The translations under genes were made by a program, and so were the position numbers. The notes below the pieces were generated by a model. The model worked only from the letters and a program-made list of their open reading frames with translations, did no database searches and was not told the DNA's origin. A DNA stretch of 64,000 nt from Candidatus Cloacimonadales bacterium (GTDB lineage Bacteria > Cloacimonadota > Cloacimonadia > Cloacimonadales > JAIOQZ01): contig CAXXTU010000002.1 in NCBI GenBank assembly GCA_963662655.2, forward strand, positions 960,001 to 1,024,000, read 5' to 3'. Below are positions 13,353 to 23,337 of the stretch, piece by piece (the first letter of the stretch is position 1; each line of letters opens with the position of its first letter).

Positions 13353-14581
13353 ACGACCTGCCTTTCTTCGTGAAGAGCTTCCTGAATCGCCTCGAAATTC
13401 CGTTGAAGACTCTGCGCATTTTGATCGAGCGTCATGCGCGCATCGAGACCCATTTGATTGCGCAGCGTATGGCCGGTAATAAACTGATCGAGAACGCTCA
13501 CCAACTGGCTTCCCGGAACGATGCGTATCGCACTGTTCTCCTGCAAGATTCGAACGGTGTCCGCGCACGAGGAGTGGTACGGCCCCATCACCACCGGTTT
13601 CCTGTAAAATGCCGGTTCCAGCGGATTGTGGCCGCCGAAATCGAAGAAGCTACCGCCCACGATCGCAATATCGCAAATCGCGTATGCCTTGTTCAGAATT
13701 CCCATGCTGTCGATGACAAGAATATCCGCTTTGCGCCCCTCGCTCAGCCTTGCCGCATCCAGCCCAGAGAAAGCCTCCATGGCCTCCCGCAAGCGATTCA
13801 AATGGCGTGGCGCGACAACGATCTTCAGATTGGGGTACTGCCTCACCAAGCTCTTGAATGCATTGGCAGTCAGCTCTTCCTCTCCGGGACGCGAGCTGCC
13901 GACGGCAACGATGAAATCGGATTGATCGAAACCCCATTCGCTTCGAATATCTTCTACATCGTAATCAGGTAAGTCGATCGCGAATTTGAGGTTCCCAGTG
14001 TTGTTAACGTGCTCGAATCCCAGCTCCAGGTAACGCGCGGCATCTGCCTCCGATTGAGCGCATACTATATTCACGTTCTCCCAAAGCGGTCTCCACAAAA
14101 TCGCCGTCTTGCTGTAGGGCTTCACCGATTTGTCCGTCAAGCGCCCATTGACGATGACGACCGGTATCCCGAACCACCCTGCAACGAGCAGAAGATTGGG
14201 CCACATCTCCGTTTCCGCGATGATCAGCGCTCGCGGTTTCACGATCATTACGAACCGCAGTAGCGATAGCATGTAATCGAAGGGGAATAGAATCGTCTTC
14301 GTCACACTCTTGATTCCGGAAGCGGTTTGCTGCCCGGTCGTTGTCACGGTCGAAACGACAAGCTGATAACCGGGAAGCTTTTCCTTCGAGTAGGCGATCA
14401 GCGCTTTGATCGCGTTGATCTCTCCCACGGACGAAGCATGAAACCATATAGCGTTCGGATAGTTCCTCAGCTTGGGGAACAACCGTGCTTTCTCCCCTTT
14501 GCGAATCCACCGTATCAAGGCAAGTGTCGGCACGGCAATCAAACTCACGATGTTATAAATCAACAGAATAATCCAATGCAT
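13349..14581 (-). CDS. waaA: 3-deoxy-D-manno-octulosonic acid (Kdo) transferase
   Basis: IWFHASSVGE, AETEMWPN, TGNLKF, APRHLNR, VGGSF..GGHNPLEPA. Confidence 0.93.
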   Translation of the reverse strand: MHWIILLIYNIVSLIAVPTLALIRWIRKGEKARLFPKLRNYPNAIWFHASSVGEINAIKALIAYSKEKLPGYQLVVSTVTTTGQQTASGIKSVTKTILFPFDYMLSLLRFVMIVKPRALIIAETEMWPNLLLVAGWFGIPVVIVNGRLTDKSVKPYSKTAILWRPLWENVNIVCAQSEADAARYLELGFEHVNNTGNLKFAIDLPDYDVEDIRSEWGFDQSDFIVAVGSSRPGEEELTANAFKSLVRQYPNLKIVVAPRHLNRLREAMEAFSGLDAARLSEGRKADILVIDSMGILNKAYAICDIAIVGGSFFDFGGHNPLEPAFYRKPVVMGPYHSSCADTVRILQENSAIRIVPGSQLVSVLDQFITGHTLRNQMGLDARMTLDQNAQSLQRNFEAIQEALHEERQVV

Positions 14582-14729
14582 CGAAACCTCAAATATTATC
14601 CATTTCGTTTTCCTGCAACCAGTTTTTGCGGGGAAACTCCCTGAAATGCTCTTTTATAAGGAAACACAGGAAGCAAATTCTTGACAAGATAAAATTTCAG
14701 AAAATTCTTTCTCAATAAAAGGAGAGGAT

Positions 14730-15146
14730 ATGCCGGTTGTACAATCACCCAGGATTCCAAGAAAGTTTCCGGTTCCCGTGTGGATGAAGCTCGTTTTGTT
14801 GCTGGCCGTGGTTCTTGGCCTCGTCATACGGAGCTATCTGCACAAGAACGATATCAAGAATATCCAGATATCCAATGTGATGATATCGGATTACACGAAG
14901 ATATCGGCGGATGTTACATTCGAGGTGGAAAACCTTGCGCGATACGCCTACAAGGATCAGGCAATCATGATTAAAATTTTCACCCACAATGGCGAGGAGA
15001 TCGCAAGCAGACTGGCAGCCGTGGATATCCAACCCAAGAAGAAACAGAGATTTTTAAAAGTACTCGATAAATTCGAACGTCCACTTCAGGACGACGAAGT
15101 ACCGGTGGCAGAGGTCACCCTCTATAAACCGGGATTATTGGATTAA
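14730..15146 (+). CDS. Hypothetical membrane-anchored protein
   Basis: AGGAGAGG RBS, single TM helix, upstream TTGACA. Confidence 0.7.
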   Translation: MPVVQSPRIPRKFPVPVWMKLVLLLAVVLGLVIRSYLHKNDIKNIQISNVMISDYTKISADVTFEVENLARYAYKDQAIMIKIFTHNGEEIASRLAAVDIQPKKKQRFLKVLDKFERPLQDDEVPVAEVTLYKPGLLD

Positions 15147-15148
15147 AG

Positions 15149-15439
15149 GTGGAAACAATGTACAAACTCCCAGACGAACATCTCGAAGAAGCAAAGAAAA
15201 TCGCGCTGGCAAATCGCAAGAAGAAAAGCTGTAGCCTATGCTACGACCGCGCCTACACCGGCGTGAACCAGGATAACTTCCTGATCCTCTGCCACAAGTG
15301 TGTGGATATGGAGAAGGCGCACGAAGCCTGGAAGGAATACGTTCGTGGCATTCCCGAGCTGAAGGCCGAGTTCGCCGAACTCTTCGAGGATGAGAAGCAG
15401 GAAGAAGCTCCTGCGGAAACCAAAGGTGACGCCGAGTAA
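15149..15439 (+). CDS. Small hypothetical protein with two CxxC pairs
   Basis: CSLC...CHKC; follows the previous ORF directly. Confidence 0.65.
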   Translation: METMYKLPDEHLEEAKKIALANRKKKSCSLCYDRAYTGVNQDNFLILCHKCVDMEKAHEAWKEYVRGIPELKAEFAELFEDEKQEEAPAETKGDAE

Positions 15440-15857
15440 CATATCGTTTCGCGACGACATTCTGCCCGGTCTCGAGCCTGTGCTCGCGCTCTACCGGGAC
15501 GCAGCCTGGACGGCCTATACAAGCCAGCCCCTACAGCTCCGGGCAGCGATCCGGGCATCGTCGTACGTGGCGAGCGCCTGGAACGGCGATGAGCTCGTCG
15601 GGCTTGCCCGTACGCTCTCGGATGAGACAACCATCATGTACTTGCAGGACATCCTGGTAAAGGGGTCTTTCCAGCGTCAGGGAATCGGGCGGAAGCTGCT
15701 GCAGATGTGCCTGGATCGCTACGCGCACGTCCGGCAATTTCTGCTACTCACGGATGATAGCCCCCAGCAGAAAGCGTTATACGAATCGATGGGATTCACC
15801 AATACGCAGGACTTCAAATCGGCAAACCTGAACTGCTTCGTCCGCTTCCGGAGTTAA
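15390..15857 (+). CDS. GNAT family N-acetyltransferase (true start may be GTG 15426)
   Basis: LVGLARTLSD, YLQDILV...FQRQGIGRKL, LYESMGF. Confidence 0.88.
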   Translation: MRSRKKLLRKPKVTPSNISFRDDILPGLEPVLALYRDAAWTAYTSQPLQLRAAIRASSYVASAWNGDELVGLARTLSDETTIMYLQDILVKGSFQRQGIGRKLLQMCLDRYAHVRQFLLLTDDSPQQKALYESMGFTNTQDFKSANLNCFVRFRS

Positions 15858-15888
15858 CGTTTGCTTCTTCCTGTATCCGTTTGGTGGA

Positions 15889-16698
15889 TTACATCGATTT
15901 CCTTGCCGTAAGGATGTACGACAGAGGCAGTTCGAGCTTTCCTTCGAGATCCTCCATCAGATTGCTGATATCGTGCGAGTATTCCTTGAACGATTGAATG
16001 GCAAGTCCATGTGTGGCGATCGGATTGATGATATCTGAAAGCTTGTGGACGAACTCGTATTTCACGCTTCCGTCGTACTCTTCCATGCCGTAGTAGTCCA
16101 ATCCATCGTTATAAACGAGCGGCTCATCCTTGAAGTAGGAATTCACGATCTCGGCAGGATGCTCCGGATCGAAATTCTGTTCGCCGGGCATGGCCAGCAT
16201 GTACATGAACGGATGACTCTCGTAAATGACCAGCCACCCATTGGGGGCAAGCAGGGATGCCGCGATCTCGAAGAAGCGGTTCATATCGGGCACCCAGCAC
16301 AACGCGCCGATGGATATGTAGATCAAGTCGAACGGCTCGTACCCGGCAGGATCGATGGCGAGAACAGCCGTGCGAACGAAGGTGCAACTAGCATCCGCAA
16401 TGTCTCTGAGCTCGTTCGCCTCATCGATGAACGCATCTGAGATATCGAAGCCTACGCCTTCCCGCGCACCCAAGTTAACCATCGAGATCACTTCCCGGCC
16501 GTTATTGCAGCACAATTGGCCCACGCGTTTACCAGCGAGGCCGATATCAAGTAAAACCGGCGTGATGATCTCATCCAGCGTCGAGAATCCTTTTTGCCTG
16601 AACAGCTCGGGAAGATCGTCCTTGCGATTCTTCTTGTGATAGGGCGCAACTTCGTTCCAGCCAATGCGATTCGCTTCTGTGTATTCTTTGTTCTTCAT
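15889..16698 (-). CDS. Class I SAM-dependent methyltransferase
   Basis: VGQLCCNNGRE...GVGFDISD, FDLIYISIGALCW, YESHP. Confidence 0.88.
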   Translation of the reverse strand: MKNKEYTEANRIGWNEVAPYHKKNRKDDLPELFRQKGFSTLDEIITPVLLDIGLAGKRVGQLCCNNGREVISMVNLGAREGVGFDISDAFIDEANELRDIADASCTFVRTAVLAIDPAGYEPFDLIYISIGALCWVPDMNRFFEIAASLLAPNGWLVIYESHPFMYMLAMPGEQNFDPEHPAEIVNSYFKDEPLVYNDGLDYYGMEEYDGSVKYEFVHKLSDIINPIATHGLAIQSFKEYSHDISNLMEDLEGKLELPLSYILTARKSM

Positions 16699-16755
16699 TT
16701 GATGCTCCTGATACGTGATTAACTATAGAGAGTTAGTAGGGCTTGCAACAATATC

Positions 16756-16790
16756 AAAAAAGGATCCGCCCAAAGCTGAGCGGATCCTTT
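16756..16790 (-). terminator. Rho-independent terminator of the PLP-enzyme gene
   Basis: GGATCCGC/GCGGATCC stem followed by a T-run on the minus strand. Confidence 0.8.
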
Positions 16791-16802
16791 CGAAAAAGTC
16801 TT

Positions 16803-18254
16803 TTAGAGAAGTCCCGTTCGCTTGTTGAACTCCTCGATCTTCTCGTCCCACTCTTCCACACGAGCGTACTGCGATGACCAGTAATCGTCGTCGAACCACT
16901 GGGCGTTGATCTCTTCGACCGTCTTGCCCTGCTGCTCGACCCAGGTGAAGTATTTTAGATTATGCATGCGCTTGCGATCGTAGTGCGAAAGCTCCTGCAT
17001 CCAATCGAGCGAAAGCCCCATCAGGCAGCGGTCGTAATCTACGTTTGCGTTGACCTCGGTGTATTCGCCGAACTTCTCGTGCTCTTGCCTGAGCCGGGAG
17101 CCGTACATCTCCATGCTATCCGTCGCGACGGTAAAGACCGCGTCGTTCTCGTTCATCTCGTAGTACTTCGCCATCTTGATCGCGCCGATGATGTTGGCGA
17201 TCGACGAGATTCCAAACACGTTCAGCTTGTTGATCAGCATCGGATCGATACCCTTTTGCTTGAGCAGGGCGTGTCCGTCCGGTTCGTTGAAGAGCCGCAT
17301 CAGCCGGATGGTGTCGTTGTCGTCCACATCAACTACCATGTCTGTGTTTTTCAGATTGTGGATCCACGGTACGTGCTTGTCGCCGATACCCTCGATGCGG
17401 TGTCCGCCGTAGCCGTTGTAGAGCAGCGTCGGGCACTGCATGGCTTCGCCTGCGCCGACTTTGATCGTCGGGAAGATGGTTTTGAGATAATCCGCGCTAC
17501 CGAGCGTTCCGGCGGAGCCCTGTGTCAGGAAGATTCCCGAGAATCTCGCCTTCGGGCCGCAATTCTGGTGGAATACTTCTTCCATCGCTCGTCCGGTGAC
17601 GTGATAATGCCACATGGAGTTGCCGATCTCTTCGAACTGGTTCAGCACCACGATTTCGTCGCCGCGCTCCTCTTTGAGCTGCTTGGTCTTGTCGTAGATT
17701 TCCTTCACGTTGCTTTCGCAGCCGGGGGTCTTGATCACCTCGGAGCCGACCTTGTGCAGCCATTCGAAGCGTTCTTCGGACATCTCTTCCGGCAGAACCG
17801 CGATCGAGTGACAGCCCAGAAGATAGGAATCGTACGCCCCGCCACGACAGTAGTTACCCGTGGATGGCCACAAAGCCTTCTGGGTAGTCGGATCGAAACG
17901 TCCGGTAACCAGCTTCTCCACCAACGGGCCGAATGTCGCGCCGACTTTGTGTGCGCCGGTCGGGAAATATTTACCTAACAGGATGAAGATGCGCGCTTTC
18001 ACGCCGGTAAGCTCCGTGGGAAGCTCGAGGTAGTTCACATCGCCGAATCCACCGCCGAACTTGATCGGCTCATTCTTCCAGGTAATGCGGAAGAGGTTGG
18101 TCGGATCCAGGTCCCAGAGACCGAGGTTCTTCAGCTTGCCTTTGATCTTGTCGGGGATCAGATCGGGATTGATCATCTGTTTATAAGTTGGGATCACGAT
18201 GCCTTTCTCGCGGCAACGTTCCACAGTGTTCTTGAGCACTTGTTCGTTATTCAT
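16803..18254 (-). CDS. PLP-dependent fold-type II enzyme (cysteine synthase-like)
   Basis: FPTGAHKVGA PLP lysine, WPSTGNY, GSAGT, HRIEGIG. Confidence 0.85.
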   Translation of the reverse strand: MNNEQVLKNTVERCREKGIVIPTYKQMINPDLIPDKIKGKLKNLGLWDLDPTNLFRITWKNEPIKFGGGFGDVNYLELPTELTGVKARIFILLGKYFPTGAHKVGATFGPLVEKLVTGRFDPTTQKALWPSTGNYCRGGAYDSYLLGCHSIAVLPEEMSEERFEWLHKVGSEVIKTPGCESNVKEIYDKTKQLKEERGDEIVVLNQFEEIGNSMWHYHVTGRAMEEVFHQNCGPKARFSGIFLTQGSAGTLGSADYLKTIFPTIKVGAGEAMQCPTLLYNGYGGHRIEGIGDKHVPWIHNLKNTDMVVDVDDNDTIRLMRLFNEPDGHALLKQKGIDPMLINKLNVFGISSIANIIGAIKMAKYYEMNENDAVFTVATDSMEMYGSRLRQEHEKFGEYTEVNANVDYDRCLMGLSLDWMQELSHYDRKRMHNLKYFTWVEQQGKTVEEINAQWFDDDYWSSQYARVEEWDEKIEEFNKRTGLL

Positions 18255-18314
18255 ACTTCACTCCATATGCGATATTTTAAGCAACAGGCAATCTTGCAAA
18301 TACGGATTTCTTTG

Positions 18315-19826
18315 TCAATCTTCTTCGCTTTCGTTATCCTCGATCGACGGAAGATCCTCCGATTTCTCCAGGAGCTTTCCCTCCAGTTGCTTGGTGGTCT
18401 TGAGTCCCAGCTTCTTCAATCGCTCGGTTCTGCCCACCAGGTTGCCTTTGCCGGTGGAGAGCTTCTTCATCGCTTCGTCGTAGGCTTCCCGGGTCTTGCC
18501 GAGATGCTTCTCGATGTTCTGCAACTCTTCCACGAAGAGGACGAATTTATCGTATAGATTGGCTCCCTGCCTCGCGATCTCCTCGGCGTTGCGTGTCTGA
18601 TTTTCCTGTCTCCAGGTGTGCGCTACAGTGAGAAGCGTCGCGAGAAGCGTGCTCGGGCTCACAATCACGATCTTCTTCTTCAGCCCTTCATCGAATAAAC
18701 TGCTGTCCGGCTGGAAGATGTACGGCGAAACGCCTTCAATGGGTATGAACATGAGCACGTAGGCCGGCGAGTTGAGTCCCTTGAGCTGCTCGTAATGCTT
18801 CTCGTGCAGCTCGTTGATGTGCTTTTTAACTGAAATCTTCAAATCCTGCAAATGTTGCTCGCGTCTTTCGGAACCGTCCTCGGCTGTCAGTCGTTCGTAG
18901 GCGACCAGAGATACCTTGGAATCGACAATCATGTGCTTGTCGTCCGGAAGCTTGATCACGTAGTCCGGACGCTGTTGATTGCCTTCCTCGCCATGCAGCG
19001 CCATGCCCTTGCCCTGTGCTTCGTACTCGATGCCTTCCCGCAGACCGGAGCTTTCCAGGATGCGCTTGAGGATCACCTCTCCCCAATTGCCCATCACCTT
19101 CACGTCGCCCTTGAGCGCTTTTGTGAGGTTATGGGCTTCCTCGCTCATCTTGTTGTTGAGCTTCTGGAGGTTCTCGATCTGCTGAAGCAGCGTCGCGTTG
19201 CGGTCGATGGTCTGCTCGTTCACTTTCTCGATGCGCGTCTCGAATTTCGTGATATTCTCCCGGAGCGGCTTGAGTATCTCTTCCAGGCGCGTGTGATGCT
19301 GTTCGGTGAACTTGGTGCTCTTCTCTTCGAAGATACGATTCGCGAGGTTCTCGAACGTTTCCCTGAATTTCTCCTGCATCTGCCGGAGCTCTTCTTTCTG
19401 GGTCTCGAGCTTCTCGATAAGCGCTTTCTGCTCTGCCTCGAGTCCGTTGAAAGCAATTTGCTGCTTTTGCAGAGCGTCTTTCTCCGCATCCAGGGATTGC
19501 TCCAGCGTTCTCGCTCGCTCGCGCACACGCTCGATTTCCTGCAGGAGCATCTCGCGCTCTTTCTCTATCGCTGCGAGCTTCTGGGAGCGCTCGCCCGACT
19601 GGTCGCGCAGGTCGTCGACCTGCTGGACGAGTTGGACTTTTTCGGTCTTCAGGAGGCTGTTCTCAACTTCCAGCTTGCTTTTCTGATCCTGCAAGAGTTG
19701 AAATCGCTGCCGAAGGTCGCCGGAGTCTCCCCTGTCGCGCCTCAGCAGGAGCACGATCAGGACGACGATCCCCGCGAAGGGCAGAATGGAGACAAAAAAG
19801 GAGATGAACCAGCCCAGGCCGAACAT
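18315..19826 (-). CDS. rmuC: DNA recombination protein RmuC
   Basis: Long coiled coil, GNWGEVIL, RPDYVIKLP, IVDSKVSL, VLMFIPIE, SPSTLL, LYDKF. Confidence 0.93.
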   Translation of the reverse strand: MFGLGWFISFFVSILPFAGIVVLIVLLLRRDRGDSGDLRQRFQLLQDQKSKLEVENSLLKTEKVQLVQQVDDLRDQSGERSQKLAAIEKEREMLLQEIERVRERARTLEQSLDAEKDALQKQQIAFNGLEAEQKALIEKLETQKEELRQMQEKFRETFENLANRIFEEKSTKFTEQHHTRLEEILKPLRENITKFETRIEKVNEQTIDRNATLLQQIENLQKLNNKMSEEAHNLTKALKGDVKVMGNWGEVILKRILESSGLREGIEYEAQGKGMALHGEEGNQQRPDYVIKLPDDKHMIVDSKVSLVAYERLTAEDGSERREQHLQDLKISVKKHINELHEKHYEQLKGLNSPAYVLMFIPIEGVSPYIFQPDSSLFDEGLKKKIVIVSPSTLLATLLTVAHTWRQENQTRNAEEIARQGANLYDKFVLFVEELQNIEKHLGKTREAYDEAMKKLSTGKGNLVGRTERLKKLGLKTTKQLEGKLLEKSEDLPSIEDNESEED

Positions 19827-20815
19827 CAGAACCTGCCTCCCATGACGAGCGCCATGAGGGCCTTCTGTGCGTGCAGGCGGTTCTCGGCTTCCTGGAACAC
19901 AACCGAGTGCGGTCCGTCGATCACCGAGTCGGTCACTTCACGACCGCGGTCGGCGGGTAGCGGATGCATATAGATCGAGCTCTTCTTCGTCAGGGACATA
20001 GCGCGGTCGTCGCACACCCAGTTCGGGTATTTCTCGATCAGCTCGAGGCCTTCCTTCTGATCCTCGGTGTGGATCAGCGGACCCCACGATTTCGGGATCA
20101 CGATGTCCGCATCGACGAACGCGTCGTCGAACTCGTTGGAAATCTCGAATTTCACGCCGGCTTCCTCCGCGTTCTTCCGGGCCTGCTCTTCGATCTCGGG
20201 CATGAGCTTGAATTCCTTCGGGTACGCAAGCGTCACGTCGATCCCGAAGCGAGGCATCATCAGGATGAGGCTCTGCGGTACGGAGAGCGGACGAATGTAG
20301 TTCGGCGCGCTGGTCCAGGCAACGCCGAGCTTGAGTCCGCGCGTGTTGTGACCGAATCGTTCGCGGATGGTCATGTAGTCGGCCAGTATCTGGCAGGGGT
20401 GATAGACGTCGCACTGCATGTTCAGCACCGGCACGCTCGCTTCCTTCGCCATCTCGGTGATGTATTTGTTACCGACCTTGTAGTCGCAGTGGCGGATGGC
20501 GATACCCTCGCCGTAGGAGGAGAGAACCTTCGCGGTGTCGCGGATGCTCTCGCCATGGGAAATCTGCGTCTTCTCCGGCGATAGGAAGATCGAGTGACCG
20601 CCAAGCTGGGTCATGCCCGTCTCAAACGAGTTCCGTGTACGGGTTGACGAGAAGAAGAAGAGCATGTAAAGCGTTTTATACATCAGAAGCGGGTGCGGTC
20701 TGCCCAGCGCGTGATCCTTCTTCAAATCCGCAGCCACTTCCAGAACGGTGTTCAATTCATCGACTGTCCAGTCTTGCGTTGTAATGAAGTCCTTGCCCTT
20801 CAAATTGGTAATCAT
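19826..20815 (-). CDS. Transcarbamylase, YgeW/AOTCase-like rather than classical OTCase
   Basis: SSTRTR, HPCQ, HPLP, FQEAENRLH; PKSWG and RPLSVPQ loop instead of DxxxSMG. Confidence 0.85.
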   Translation of the reverse strand: MITNLKGKDFITTQDWTVDELNTVLEVAADLKKDHALGRPHPLLMYKTLYMLFFFSSTRTRNSFETGMTQLGGHSIFLSPEKTQISHGESIRDTAKVLSSYGEGIAIRHCDYKVGNKYITEMAKEASVPVLNMQCDVYHPCQILADYMTIRERFGHNTRGLKLGVAWTSAPNYIRPLSVPQSLILMMPRFGIDVTLAYPKEFKLMPEIEEQARKNAEEAGVKFEISNEFDDAFVDADIVIPKSWGPLIHTEDQKEGLELIEKYPNWVCDDRAMSLTKKSSIYMHPLPADRGREVTDSVIDGPHSVVFQEAENRLHAQKALMALVMGGRF

Positions 20816-21048
20816 AGGTACCTCCAATTGTTATCCTTTTTTTGTTAACAAGCAAGAGTGTCGCGTTTCAGTCAAGAGAATATTTTGCGCTCTATAATTC
20901 GCGGCTCTCATCATAGAAATATCTTTACATTACCTACCGATACAGCTTTTCTTGCAGAGCTTAAAAGAGTGATTCAAACGATTTGACACAGGTGATGTGA
21001 ATTAACGAGATATGTCATAATTCATACAAGCCATGAAAGTAGGTACGA

Positions 21049-22608
21049 ATGTTAACTGAAACCGAGTCTCTCAATACTGAAGAAATAAAACCTAAAAACG
21101 TCCTGGAGCTGAATCATATAGGAGCTAAAGACTTTTTCCTCAAAGCTGATAGCTACTTTAGAAGTGAACTACCTCCTTATATTGACTTCTCCATAATGCT
21201 CAATAAAGTTAATGAAAATTTTCCTTGCCCAAACATGAACCCTAATAGAAAAATAATCGAATATGTGAATCATACAATTTTCACAAACAAAGATGGACTA
21301 TATGCATGGCGTCCCTTAACACTTATACATCCGTATCTTTATGTAAAAATGATCAATGATATGTGTAAGGAGTCGAACTGGAAAACGATCCAACAACGAT
21401 TCAAATACCTGAAACAAAACAGTTGCATTAGCTGCCACAGTATCCCTGTTATATCCACTAAGCGAAAAAATCAAGCTGAGCAGATTCTTCATTGATGGCA
21501 AAAAATTGAGCAACAATCTATTGAACTTTCCTTGGAATACGAATATATGTTCGAGACGGATATCACAGATTGCTATGGTTCAATTTATACGCATTCATTG
21601 GCATGGGCTCTTCATGAAAAAGAAGTAGTAAAACAAAACAGGAGCCTCGAACTTATTGGCAATCAGATTGATAGAAATCTATGCCAGATCAATTGCATGC
21701 AGACCAATGGTATTCCTCAAGGATCTGTTTTAATGGATATAATTGCTGAACTATTACTCCTTTATGCGGATATGAAAATTAGTTCAGCCATAACCATCAC
21801 CATCCCAACTTCAAATTTCAAAATACTCAGATATCGCGATGATTACCGTGTATTCGTCAATAGCCCCATAGAAGGACGCTCGATCATCAAAACCATATCT
21901 GATGTTCTTGCATCGTTAGGCTTACATTTAAGCACAAGAAAAACGAAATTCACAGATGAGATCATTACAAATTCAATCAAATCAGGTAAGTTAGACTGGC
22001 TTGCTACCAGGAATTGCTATCGCCTTGAAAGCCTTGAGAAAAACCTGCTCATAATACATAAGCATGCCTCGCTGTATCCAAACTCTGGAAGCTTGATGAA
22101 ACCCTTGAAAGATTTCCGAAATCGAATAGAGAACAAGACAAATTTTACGTCACGGGATGCATTAATAAGCATTGTTACGGATATAGCAAGGAGAAATCCT
22201 CGAACACATCCAGAATGTATGTCTATAATAAGCGCAATATTGTACCCCGATATAACTCACCAGGATCGCAAGGGATTGATTGAAAAAATATGGAAAAGAT
22301 TAAAAGAAGTCCCCAATATTGGATATCTTGAAATATGGCTTCAGAGAATACTTGAACCCTTGAAATGTAAGAAGAAAAGCTATGGTGATCACAATATTGA
22401 CATCAAGCTAAATGAGAAGATTTGCGAAGCGGTGATTGATCCAAATTGTCCAGAAAATATTTGGGACAATGAATTTCTCGAGAATAAAACGATAGCCAGC
22501 ATGATAAACATTCAGGAGTGCATCAATAGAGAAACAATCAAACAACTTGATCCCAAGATTGAGATTGAAGAAACGGAGCTCTTTGCTAGCACACTTCAGT
22601 ATATATAG
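21049..22608 (+). pseudogene. Abi-P2-like reverse transcriptase, interrupted by one in-frame TGA (21493-21495)
   Basis: ORFs 21049-21495 and 21532-22608 share a frame: QILH*WQKIEQQSIELSLEY. RT motifs DITDCYGSIY, GIPQGS, LRYRDDY; helical C-terminus; AT-rich relative to flanks. Confidence 0.85.
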
Positions 22609-22633
22609 TTCCGGCAGATGTTGAAGAAAATCC

Positions 22634-22662
22634 TTGCATCGAACATCAAATATTGCGATACT
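22634..22662 (+). promoter_or_regulatory. Putative sigma70 promoter of the SatD-like gene
   Basis: TTGCAT-N17-GATACT with an extended TGn; GAGGAG RBS before ATG 22699. Confidence 0.5.
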
Positions 22663-22698
22663 GGGATTACTTGATTCGATTGAATGAGGAGAGTAAGA

Positions 22699-23337
22699 AT
22701 GTACGCGGTTTTGACAGGCGATCTTATCGGTTCATCCCAAATGAGCGACGCGCTGCGCAGTGAGTGTTTCGAACGCATTAGAAAGCAGTTGGAATTCATT
22801 CAACAGGGCAAGATTGCCTACCCCCTTAGCATCTACCGGGGCGATAGCTGGCAAATCCTACTCGACGATCCCAAAGACGCCCTCCGGCTCACCCTGCTCA
22901 TCCGCACGGCACTGCTGATGGACAACACCGATACCCGCATCTCGATCGGAATCGGCGCTGTCGATAAAATCGACGAAGCGGATATTACTCGTTCGTTCGG
23001 CGAGGCGTTCACGCTCTCGGGACACAACCTCGAATCCATGAAGAAGAAACAGCGTATGGCATTCGCAGCACCAGCAATGGCACAGAACGACTGCATCGCA
23101 AGCGCCGTAATGCCGCTGCTCAATGCTCTGGTAGATAAAATGACCGCCAAGCAAGCGCGCGCAATGAATGGAGCGCTCAAAGGTTTGTCACAAAACGAAA
23201 TAGCGCATGAATGTAAGATCAAACAGCAAACCGTGAAAGTACACTTGGACAGAGGCGGATGGGCTGAGATTCTCGAAGTAATTGTTAATTGCGAATATCA
23301 GATTGATCAAGAACATTCAATAAATGCAAGGCCTTAG
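22699..23337 (+). CDS. SatD family protein (nucleotidyl-cyclase-like palm domain + C-terminal HTH)
   Basis: AVLTGDLIGSS, YRGDSWQ, RISIGIG, GEAFTLSG; HTH LSQNEIAHECKIKQQTVKVHL. Confidence 0.82.
   Translation: MYAVLTGDLIGSSQMSDALRSECFERIRKQLEFIQQGKIAYPLSIYRGDSWQILLDDPKDALRLTLLIRTALLMDNTDTRISIGIGAVDKIDEADITRSFGEAFTLSGHNLESMKKKQRMAFAAPAMAQNDCIASAVMPLLNALVDKMTAKQARAMNGALKGLSQNEIAHECKIKQQTVKVHLDRGGWAEILEVIVNCEYQIDQEHSINARP

Noticed and set aside
20931..21045. Retron-like a1/a2 repeat TACCTAC/GTAGGTA upstream of the RT
   Set aside because: Only 7 bp, no msd-like hairpin between the arms, and the RT lacks the retron VTG signature.
21493..21540. Selenocysteine recoding of the RT TGA (selD is in the window)
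   Set aside because: The downstream sequence is A-rich with no SECIS-like hairpin, and the context suits Trp rather than Cys.
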